Made by a program: the position numbers and the translations under genes. From positions 2,304,001 through 2,368,000 of the forward strand of contig CAXXMD010000002.1 in the NCBI GenBank assembly GCA_963675755.2: a DNA stretch of 64,000 nucleotides, read 5' to 3'. The first letter of the stretch is position 1; every line of letters starts with the position of its first letter. Shown here one piece after another: positions 27,726-36,158 of the stretch. The notes under the pieces are model-generated. The model saw nothing but the letters and a program-made list of their open reading frames with translations. It had not been told where the DNA came from and searched no databases. The DNA comes from a bacterium (GTDB taxonomy: Bacteria > Zhuqueibacterota > Zhuqueibacteria > Residuimicrobiales > Krinioviventaceae).

Positions 27726-28583
27726 ATGGTTAAATTCATATCAATGAAACCCAAACATATTGAATTAAAAAGTCCGGCTCAGGCCATTTCGGTTAATCAT
27801 TACAAACATGACTGTTTTCAACTGCCGCTGCATGTTCATTCCTGTTGTGAACTGACATGGATCATCAAAGGGCGAGGAACACGATTTGTGGGTGATGCGT
27901 TTGATCCCTTTGCTGAAAATGATCTTGTACTGCTGGGGCCGAAAACACCCCATGCCTGGAAATCCGATCATTCTATAATGAGTGTAGAATCCATATCCAT
28001 TCAATTCAAAATGGATTTTGCCGGTCAGGGTATTTGGGACCTGATCGAAATGCGCCCCATACAGCGTTTATTAAAAAATGCCCAACGGGGTGTGGAATTT
28101 ATGGGTATTAATAATCAGATACTCTTTCACAAAATTCAGAATATACAAAACAAATCGGGAGCAAAACAGATCATCTCACTGCTCTCAATGCTGGAAATAC
28201 TTGCAGACCTGCCCAACCAGCGGGTCCTCTCCCGGTCCGGGTATGGCTCAAACCTGCAAAGTGAACGGGCCCAGCTTATATTTCATTATATTTTGAACAA
28301 TCTTCACAACAATATTACTTTACCCCAATTGGCAAAAATTGCCAACATGCACCCGGTATCGGTAGGACGCTTTGTAAAAAAACACACCGGACGACCTGTT
28401 AATATTTATATTAATGAGCTGCGTATAAAGAATGCTTGTACTGAATTGATCATGAGCGACAAAACCATTGGTGAAATCTGTTATGAATCAGGATTTCAAA
28501 ACTTGTCAAATTTCAACCGGCAGTTTAAATTGATCAATCACATGACACCCCGAGAATACCGCACTAAATACAAATCATCTTGA
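27726..28583 (+). CDS. AraC-family transcriptional regulator with a cupin sensor domain (start may be 27744)
   Basis: LHVHSCCEL cupin; C-terminal EICYESGFQNLSNFNRQFK...TPREYR. Confidence 0.93.
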   Translation: MVKFISMKPKHIELKSPAQAISVNHYKHDCFQLPLHVHSCCELTWIIKGRGTRFVGDAFDPFAENDLVLLGPKTPHAWKSDHSIMSVESISIQFKMDFAGQGIWDLIEMRPIQRLLKNAQRGVEFMGINNQILFHKIQNIQNKSGAKQIISLLSMLEILADLPNQRVLSRSGYGSNLQSERAQLIFHYILNNLHNNITLPQLAKIANMHPVSVGRFVKKHTGRPVNIYINELRIKNACTELIMSDKTIGEICYESGFQNLSNFNRQFKLINHMTPREYRTKYKSS

Positions 28584-28613
28584 AATCAAACGGCGCACAG
28601 CAAAAAAAACAAT

Positions 28614-28648
28614 GATCGCGATGCAGATTCCTGCATCGCGTAATATTA
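28614..28648. repeat. Third full copy of palindrome A
   Basis: GATCGCGATGCAG-ATTC-CTGCATCGCGTAATATTA between the convergent araC and higA genes. Confidence 0.9.
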
Positions 28649-28954
28649 AACAGCTCTTTTATACACCCGTACATGGTCTTCTATCTCTTTTTCGGATTTA
28701 TCCCGGGCAACATCCAGATCATAATCCATTTGCAACCCCAACCAGAATTGTGGTGTCATGTTGAAATATTTTGCAAGCCTCAATGCCGTGTCAGGCGTAA
28801 TACTGCGTTTCCTCAATACAATTTCATTTATTCTTCGCGGCGGTACATGTATATCCAATGCAAGCCGATTCTGGCTTAATCCCATAGGCTTTAAAAATTC
28901 TTCCATCAATATTTCACCGGGGTGCACCGCCGGTATTTTATTCTGTTCCTTCAT
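28646..28954 (-). CDS. higA: HigA-family addiction-module antitoxin (HTH)
   Basis: VHPGEILMEEFLKPMGLSQNRLA...RINEIV...ITPDTALRLA...FWLGLQ..YDL; ATG at 28954 after a GAGG RBS. Confidence 0.93.
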   Translation of the reverse strand: MKEQNKIPAVHPGEILMEEFLKPMGLSQNRLALDIHVPPRRINEIVLRKRSITPDTALRLAKYFNMTPQFWLGLQMDYDLDVARDKSEKEIEDHVRVYKRAV

Positions 28955-28962
28955 ACTAAACC

Positions 28963-28989
28963 TCAATGATAATCAACAAACATATCTTT
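28963..28989 (-). pseudogene. higB: Remnant 3' end of a higB toxin gene
   Basis: Minus strand reads AAA GAT ATG TTT GTT GAT TAT CAT TGA (KDMFVDYH-stop), with the stop overlapping the higA RBS. HigB proteins typically end in ...VDYH at this junction. Confidence 0.6.
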
Positions 28990-28991
28990 GG

Positions 28992-30023
28992 TCAAAGTGA
29001 AATTTCATTTCTTTTTTTTATAATTGAATCAATCCATTTTGGAATATCTTTGATATCTGGATTAATATGGAAATGAATTTTATTAATTAATTTAATCAAA
29101 AGATCAACTGTCAAAAAAGCAGTATCAAAATCAATTTTATAGAAAAGAAGTAATTTATCATAACCGCCGAATTTTTCAGGTGCAGAAAAAGGAGAAGGGT
29201 GCACTAGAGAATCTCTATATGGTTTCACAATATCAATAAATCCAACAATTTCTCCATCATTTTCTTCCCAAAGAGTACGTTTACTTATTATCTCAGGATA
29301 TTTTTTCAATTTATCCCTGATTGATACAGATGTAGAATCAGTTAAACATTTATATTGCCGATTCGATAAATCTTCTTGACCGAATTTATAAATATAATCC
29401 CAAGCTAAACCGTTAAGATATGCTTCTAATAAATTAAAGCAAGATAAAATTAACATTCTAATAGTAAAAAATTTCATTCTTAAAAAAGAAGTTATTTCTT
29501 CTCTTTTTTGGAGCAACTCCTTATGTGATAATTTTTCATACTTTTTCAGTTCAATTTGTGAGTTTGTGGCTAATCCCATTGCTTCAATAATATCTTTTGA
29601 TAATTCATTTTCAGGGAATTTGAATTGAAGTCCCCAAAGTGAAATACTAACTGTTAAATGCAAGGGAAAACCAATAAGTATTTGGGGATGTATTGGTGCA
29701 TACTTTTTTTCAAAATCAGATAATGATATTTCAAGCCCCCTATACTTTTTAATCTCTTCATATAAATTTGAAAGAATATCTACATTCATATTTAAAAAAT
29801 TCTGTTTACAAAATCTATCAAGTTCGGTAGACAATCTTTTCTTTACATCATTATATGCAGATTTTAAAAATCGTCGAGGTAAATTTTCAAGATCATCTTG
29901 ATCCGCTTTTAAAAATTCGTTCCAATCATTAAGTTCCTTAAGCATGAGCTTTCCAACTGCAGCTGCACGATTATATTTACGAATTTTCTGAACTTCACGA
30001 TTACGTCCTTGTGCAATTTGCAT
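28992..30023 (-). CDS. Hypothetical helical protein with a C-terminal HEPN-like RxxxxH motif
   Basis: Very AT-rich ORF; LSCFNLLEAYLN helix and YRDSLVHP (R-x4-H). Confidence 0.6.
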   Translation of the reverse strand: MQIAQGRNREVQKIRKYNRAAAVGKLMLKELNDWNEFLKADQDDLENLPRRFLKSAYNDVKKRLSTELDRFCKQNFLNMNVDILSNLYEEIKKYRGLEISLSDFEKKYAPIHPQILIGFPLHLTVSISLWGLQFKFPENELSKDIIEAMGLATNSQIELKKYEKLSHKELLQKREEITSFLRMKFFTIRMLILSCFNLLEAYLNGLAWDYIYKFGQEDLSNRQYKCLTDSTSVSIRDKLKKYPEIISKRTLWEENDGEIVGFIDIVKPYRDSLVHPSPFSAPEKFGGYDKLLLFYKIDFDTAFLTVDLLIKLINKIHFHINPDIKDIPKWIDSIIKKRNEISL

Positions 30024-30086
30024 ATTTTACTCTTATTGATTATCTCCCTTCGATCCAAATAAAATTTGAGCCGGATTAAATAATTT

Positions 30087-30184
30087 AACCACCTGCTACG
30101 CCAGATGAACTCAGATAAAAACTGATATTAAAACATCGGTAACATCTTTTTTTCATCTGCGTTTATCCGCGTTTATCTGTGGTT
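30087..30184. repeat. Imperfect inverted repeat with 10 bp tandem units
   Basis: AACCAC...CAGATGAACTCAGATAAAA pairs with ATCTGCGTTT ATCCGCGTTT ATCTGTGGTT (30155-30184). Confidence 0.7.
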
Positions 30185-30188
30185 CATG

Positions 30189-31487
30189 TTACTGCAAATG
30201 CATCTTTATAAATTTAAACATCACATCCCAGTCACCGGGGCCGGGACCATGGCCGCCGTCGTGCATGTAATAGCCGATATCATGCAAAATCGGTTCACCT
30301 GCTGGCGGAAATGCGGTTGTGCCCAATCCCTTTTTCCCCAGCAGCTCATAAACCGGCTCTGCGGCAACCGCCGCCAGAAATTCGCCATAAGGATCAGACC
30401 ATTTATCCGTATTGCCCGTAATTAAAAGCACGGGACGCGGAGCGATCAACGCCACCAGCATGTGTGCATCCACCGGAGATTCATTCACGTTGTTTCCCCA
30501 TTTCTGATAATTCACAGCAAATTGATAGGGAAACCGGCTTGCTTCGGTCAGGTGTGCAACGGTTTCGCCAAAATCTCTACGACTCAAAGCAGCTCCGCCC
30601 TCACCCGAGCAGCTTGCAATAACCATAGCAACGCGGGGATCTCTGCCGCCTTCCCACATCACTGTTTTGCCCAGACGAGAGATACCGTAAATCGCGATTT
30701 TTTTCGCGTCAACTGCATCGTCTGTATCGAAATAATCTATGGCACGACTAATACCCCAGCCCCACGCCGAGATTGAACCCCACTCGTCCGCAGCACGTTC
30801 GGCTTGCCCAGGCTTTAGATACAGTTTGCGCACACCAAAATCAAATCCGCCATTAAAATCAGGGTCCACATCTCCGTAATAAAAAGTAGCAATACCGATA
30901 CCCTGCTCAACAACCCGCACCACATCCAGTTTTCCAAAGGGGCGTCCCTGACTGGCAGGGATCAGTTCATGCTCCCGGTTCCAGATCATTCCGGGTCTTA
31001 CCGCATCATCATCAATAAATAGTTCGTTGGCAGAAAAAGAGATATTTAACAGCAAAGGTACAGGACCTTTGGCATCCGGAGGTAAATAAATTACCAGGTC
31101 CATTTTGGGTCGGGATTTACCTTTTGTAAAATGTATGGTCACCTGGGTGCGCAATGCTTTGCCATCGAACGCGGACACACCTTTTTCATGAACTTCAAAA
31201 CTGATATCCCGGGGCTCGGGACAACGGCCAAACTGGTTTTCCTCAACCAGCTTTACAATCTCTGCACGTCTTTGATTCATCCAGACATCGGCGCTTTTAA
31301 CTGCTTTGCCGTTTTCGAGTTCCAACAACGCGGGTAACGTATATTCACCCACATTGGCTTCGGTATAATTCGCTGGAATGCCGGCAACCGTATCCGGAGG
31401 AAAATCTGCAATCTGAGCAACAAGCGGAGCAATCCATAACAATACTGCTGATAAAACAAAAATTTGAATCGCGTTTTTTACTGACAT
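30189..31487 (-). CDS. Secreted CE15 glucuronoyl esterase-like protein
   Basis: WGSISAWGWG, nucleophile motif GISRLGK, CSGEGGAALSRR, PVDAHMLVALIAPRP and GGHG. Confidence 0.88.
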   Translation of the reverse strand: MSVKNAIQIFVLSAVLLWIAPLVAQIADFPPDTVAGIPANYTEANVGEYTLPALLELENGKAVKSADVWMNQRRAEIVKLVEENQFGRCPEPRDISFEVHEKGVSAFDGKALRTQVTIHFTKGKSRPKMDLVIYLPPDAKGPVPLLLNISFSANELFIDDDAVRPGMIWNREHELIPASQGRPFGKLDVVRVVEQGIGIATFYYGDVDPDFNGGFDFGVRKLYLKPGQAERAADEWGSISAWGWGISRAIDYFDTDDAVDAKKIAIYGISRLGKTVMWEGGRDPRVAMVIASCSGEGGAALSRRDFGETVAHLTEASRFPYQFAVNYQKWGNNVNESPVDAHMLVALIAPRPVLLITGNTDKWSDPYGEFLAAVAAEPVYELLGKKGLGTTAFPPAGEPILHDIGYYMHDGGHGPGPGDWDVMFKFIKMHLQ

Positions 31488-31496
31488 GATACACCT

Positions 31497-34400
31497 CTAA
31501 TTTTCAATACAATCTATAGTTACAGGTCCCAGTAATCCTGAAACCTCCAATGGCGGGGGTCTAAAGAAACGGATTTGATCACTGCCTGGCAATACATTGA
31601 CATCAACATCAGATTTGTGGTCACCCAGAATACGATTGGTCCACTCGTTGGTAACCTCGATAGTAATCTCATTTTCTCCGGATACAACAAAATCCGTTAT
31701 ATCTACACGGTAAGGGATTTTCCACAAAATATCGGTCTTTTTTTCATTAATCGTAACGCAGGCAACATCCCTCACCTCTCCCAAGTCCAGAAACAATCTG
31801 CCGGCTTTTATCATATCTTTTGAGAGTTGAAACGATTTATGATATACTGCCGTGCCGGAGAAATACCGGATGCCATCCACATTATTTTCAGTCCAGGATT
31901 TCAAGCTGTCAACTAGTATGGATTCAGGTGCACCCATTTTGGGTGGAAATGTAATTTTCCAGGGGCCCTGGAGGGCTAAATGTCTGGTAAACTTTTTCTC
32001 GGGCAGGATTTGGGATTGTTGTTCAGTCTTTTCCGCAAATACCACAAACATGGATCCATATGGAGGGAAATACAGGGGCACTGTAGTCAATCCATTTTCA
32101 ATACTGTACGAAGCAGGACTGCTCTCTCCGGTATCAGAATCCCATAATTCAGGCAGCTTGCCGTCAACCCGGAACCGGACATGTATGTCCTGCGCCTTGT
32201 CGGATTTGTTAAAGAGATAATAAATGTCCACATCATCACATTTACGATGGATCCACGCCAGTTCCATATCCAGAGGTTTGCTGTATTCCACATCTGGAGC
32301 TACTTTTAATTGATCCATCACAGACGCAATGGGCAACCCCCAAATCACCCGGCCTTTTTCATAGCGATGCTTGTTGCGGCTGATGCCATCCAGATCTCCC
32401 CATATCGCATTTGCAAGGGCTGCTAATTCAGTCTCACTCTGGGGATACCCGCTCAAACCCGGTGTTGTTGTGGGTTTGGGTCCCAGAATGGCGGCACCAT
32501 CTTTAACAAGTTGTTCAATCTTTTTTATTACCGGCAGGGTCATTTTATCAGTTTGCGGCAAGACCAGCAAGCGATAGCTTGTTCCATCAGGAAGAACCAA
32601 CTTGCCCTCGTCATCAACAGACAAGCGATTGATCAGTGCATCTGCATTGATATAATCATAGTCGTACCCCTCTGGTGAGGATGGCAGCAATCCTGCTCCC
32701 CAAATGGGCATACTCGAGGGAGCGCCTTCATTCAACAAATACAGTAAATCCGCTACAGGTTTTCCCTGCTGCAGCATATAGCTGTTGCGGGCCATATAGG
32801 TCATCATGGGTTTGGCCAGTTCCGCCCAGGTGATATTGCGATGAATGTGTGCTCCCACCATGGTATTACCGGGAAAAGTATCCAGCGGTTGGTGTGCCGA
32901 GGTGTGAAATACCAGCCGGTTGATGCCCTGAGCCATCCAGTAATCGCTAACCCGTTTCAGGGTAAACGGCGATTCATAGCCGCCACCGGTAAAAGCCTCT
33001 GCTGCAACAACGGGTTTTCCATATACATGCGCGGCAGATGTGGCCCCGCGAACATCCTGAAAATACATGGGTGACGGATGAAGGTCCCGCACCCAAAACT
33101 CGCCCATGGGTATGTCCATAAACTTTTTGCACAACAATGCATCTTCCAGGATTTCCAGCGATACGCCCGAGGCCTCTCCATAGGTACCTATACCCCGTTC
33201 ATGCAGATACTCTGAAACAACACCATAATGGTTTTCAGCTACCATATCTGCAAGTGTGCGTCTAAAATCCCATAAAAAGCGGTCACTCTTTTCCGCGCTG
33301 CCAACAACGCGCCCCGCCAGAACAGGCATAAATGGAGTTGGATCGTACCCCCGTCTTTTTTCAAATTCTGCGGTCATATTGTCGGTCCAGTTCTGGCTGC
33401 CGGCCTCCCAGCTGTCCATCATGGTATATTGCAGTGCCTTGCCAAACAGCGGACCCAGTTTATCTTTGATGGGGCCGAAATAATGCTCCAGATACGACAG
33501 GGTATGTTCACGACTGAGCTTGTCCACCTCATACCCCAATCCAGCGGCTGTAGCAGGACGGTTTTTGGCGCCGGTTAATGAATATCCAAATCGCAATATA
33601 GTCCAATTACCATCAGGCACCTGCCAGTCCAGACTTCCATCTGTATTCATTTTAGATGTTAAATCAATTACTCCTTCTGCCGGAATTACCAGTTCATCCG
33701 GAATATCTGGCGTAGGTACAGAATCATATTCAAACAATAGCCGGAATCCTGCCTTTTCCTCCCATCTGTGCACACGCGCCTGCGAATGTAAAACAATTTC
33801 ACTCAGTTCGTACTTTTCCGGAACCGTCGGGTCCGGCTGGTTCATGGTTGCATCAGGATTCAAAGGCGCGCCGGTCATTTCTACACGATAAAATCGTGCT
33901 TTACATTCAGGTACAGCAAACGTCCTGAGCCATCCCTGCCGGTAGAGCTGAGTGCCCGGCAATTCAACCAGCGTTTTAAATACAACGCCATCATTACTTG
34001 CCTGCAGCCGGCCAATGGGTACACCTCTGCTGCCGCGAATAGTAAACGCCCGCACCGTGAACGGCTCATCAAACTCGAATTGAAGCCAGGTGGGTCCGTT
34101 CTGTACTGCGGGTATGCTGATACCGGAATTCAGGTCCCCATCCATTAACGCAGAAGCATCAATCTCGCCGGCATTTGTACTGGTTTTGGGATGCAGTGTT
34201 GCCATTTCTACTCCACCATCGGGAGTGCGAAAAGCCAATACCGCAGCATCACCATAAAAAGTGGGATCCGGATTTTCCGCGCTGCCGCGTCCCAGATTCT
34301 GGATCAACCCGTTATTCGATGGCGGCTGCTCCAGTTTACCGGCAAACTTTTGTGGTCCGCTAATTCGTGTTTCACTCCACACCAGTTTTTTCATGGCCTG

Positions 34401-34796
34401 TTCGGGTTTCACCCAGGGACCTCCGGTCAGGCTCCAGCCCGCCGAACTGAAAATCGTCATTTCCAGACCCAATCGCTCCGCTTCTTCAGCAGTATGTTTT
34501 ACAGCGTCATACCATTCCGGGCTTGCAAAATCAATCTTTTTGTCAATTTGCTGGCCATTGCCATAGTTTACATCCGCAAGATGAAATCCACTAATGCCAA
34601 CACGTTTCATCCACTCCAGATCTTTGGTAATACCCGCTTTCGTAATATTACCTTGTGTCCAATGCCACCATGTGCGGGGTTTGGCATCGTCCGGAGGATT
34701 GGTAAAATTCTGTTTTAATTCAGAATAATCCCTGGCCAATCCTGAAACAGAAATGGATATTAAATAAATTATGATGAGGTTCTTGAGATACTTCAC
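31497..34796 (-). CDS. Secreted GH106 alpha-L-rhamnosidase-like protein
   Basis: PRTWWHW..GNIT..GIT.DLEWM, GWSLTGGPW, DSWEAG, PMGEFW, AEAFT and the end SGLLGPV; GTG start. Confidence 0.88.
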   Translation of the reverse strand: MKYLKNLIIIYLISISVSGLARDYSELKQNFTNPPDDAKPRTWWHWTQGNITKAGITKDLEWMKRVGISGFHLADVNYGNGQQIDKKIDFASPEWYDAVKHTAEEAERLGLEMTIFSSAGWSLTGGPWVKPEQAMKKLVWSETRISGPQKFAGKLEQPPSNNGLIQNLGRGSAENPDPTFYGDAAVLAFRTPDGGVEMATLHPKTSTNAGEIDASALMDGDLNSGISIPAVQNGPTWLQFEFDEPFTVRAFTIRGSRGVPIGRLQASNDGVVFKTLVELPGTQLYRQGWLRTFAVPECKARFYRVEMTGAPLNPDATMNQPDPTVPEKYELSEIVLHSQARVHRWEEKAGFRLLFEYDSVPTPDIPDELVIPAEGVIDLTSKMNTDGSLDWQVPDGNWTILRFGYSLTGAKNRPATAAGLGYEVDKLSREHTLSYLEHYFGPIKDKLGPLFGKALQYTMMDSWEAGSQNWTDNMTAEFEKRRGYDPTPFMPVLAGRVVGSAEKSDRFLWDFRRTLADMVAENHYGVVSEYLHERGIGTYGEASGVSLEILEDALLCKKFMDIPMGEFWVRDLHPSPMYFQDVRGATSAAHVYGKPVVAAEAFTGGGYESPFTLKRVSDYWMAQGINRLVFHTSAHQPLDTFPGNTMVGAHIHRNITWAELAKPMMTYMARNSYMLQQGKPVADLLYLLNEGAPSSMPIWGAGLLPSSPEGYDYDYINADALINRLSVDDEGKLVLPDGTSYRLLVLPQTDKMTLPVIKKIEQLVKDGAAILGPKPTTTPGLSGYPQSETELAALANAIWGDLDGISRNKHRYEKGRVIWGLPIASVMDQLKVAPDVEYSKPLDMELAWIHRKCDDVDIYYLFNKSDKAQDIHVRFRVDGKLPELWDSDTGESSPASYSIENGLTTVPLYFPPYGSMFVVFAEKTEQQSQILPEKKFTRHLALQGPWKITFPPKMGAPESILVDSLKSWTENNVDGIRYFSGTAVYHKSFQLSKDMIKAGRLFLDLGEVRDVACVTINEKKTDILWKIPYRVDITDFVVSGENEITIEVTNEWTNRILGDHKSDVDVNVLPGSDQIRFFRPPPLEVSGLLGPVTIDCIEN

Positions 34797-35030
34797 AGCA
34801 GTCCCTCTCTGAATATTGTGATTTAGTATGATATAAAAGAAATGTTATCTGAAAATAAAAAACACGAATCACAAGTACAATTCATTTTTTCAAAAAATAC
34901 AGGTAAAAACAATCAACATTATAAATAATAAATGAAATATCACTATTCTGCAAACATGTTTTATATATAAATTTAAATTGCTTAAATACTATTAATATCT
35001 TATATTCATCGTTTTTTATGGATAGTATGA

Positions 35031-36149
35031 ATGATTGAACAAGCGGACATTAAAGACCTTGATGAGTTGACCCGTATTGAGAAACGCTCATTCGAGTCTG
35101 ATCAGCTTTCACGCCGTAACCTGCGCTATTTATTATCAAAAGCCAATGCCACTACACTGGTTGACAGGGAGAATACTGTCATACGCGGATATGCCATGGT
35201 ATTATACAATACCGGCACATCGTTGGCCCGGTTATATTCTCTGGTAGTCGACACTCCCTATCGCGGATTAGGAGTGGGTTCTGCCCTTCTCAAAGCTGCT
35301 GAACAGGATACATTTGAAAACGAATGTGTTACTTTGCGTCTCGAAGTCCGCAAGGACAATAAAACGGCTATCCATCTTTATGAGAAACATGGCTACAAAC
35401 TGTTCGATGAAGTGCCGGACTATTATCAGGACCATACATCAGCCTTGCGTTATGAAAAGAATCTTGCCCCACACATAGAACCGGATATCGTCCATGTCCC
35501 CTATTATCAGCAAACCTGTGATTTTACATGCGGTCCATCATCGTTAATGATGGCCATGAACACCCTGGATCCGGACCTCGGTTTTAATCGCAAAACCGAA
35601 CTGCTCATCTGGAAAGAATCCACAACGATATACATGACCTCCGGACACGGAGGCTGCAGCCCATATGGACTTGCATTATCAGCCTATGAACGCGGATTTG
35701 ATGTGGAACTCTATGTAAACCATCTCGAAGCACTGTTTCTCGATTCAGTTCGCAGTCCTGAAAAAAAAGAGGTCATGCGCATTGTTCAGGAAGACCAGAT
35801 TAACGAAATTCATAAACGTCAAATCCACATGGAACACAATATTCTAAGCGTTGACCAGATACAAAATATTTTCCAAAAAGGTCATGTGCCCATTGTATTG
35901 ATCAGTTCTTATCGTATTTACCACGAAAAATCACCGCACTGGGTAGTGGTAACCGGTTTTGATGAACGTTTTATCTATGTTCATGATTCATTTGTAGATT
36001 CACACAATGCCAAATCCGCATCAGATTGCATCAATATGCCAATCCTGAAAAAAGATTTTGAACGCATGTCAAAATATGGTAAATCCGGTCAAAAAGCGGT
36101 GCTCATAATTAAAAACCGCGATTTTAATCAAAATAATCAAGAGAGGTAA
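35031..36149 (+). CDS. RimI-like GNAT acetyltransferase fused to a peptidase C39-like (DUF3335) domain
   Basis: YRGLGVGSALL and LEVR..N..AI.LY...GY; then YYQQTCDFTCGPSSLMMA, SGHGGC and PHWVVVTG. Confidence 0.9.
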   Translation: MIEQADIKDLDELTRIEKRSFESDQLSRRNLRYLLSKANATTLVDRENTVIRGYAMVLYNTGTSLARLYSLVVDTPYRGLGVGSALLKAAEQDTFENECVTLRLEVRKDNKTAIHLYEKHGYKLFDEVPDYYQDHTSALRYEKNLAPHIEPDIVHVPYYQQTCDFTCGPSSLMMAMNTLDPDLGFNRKTELLIWKESTTIYMTSGHGGCSPYGLALSAYERGFDVELYVNHLEALFLDSVRSPEKKEVMRIVQEDQINEIHKRQIHMEHNILSVDQIQNIFQKGHVPIVLISSYRIYHEKSPHWVVVTGFDERFIYVHDSFVDSHNAKSASDCINMPILKKDFERMSKYGKSGQKAVLIIKNRDFNQNNQER

Positions 36150-36158
36150 TAAACAGGA

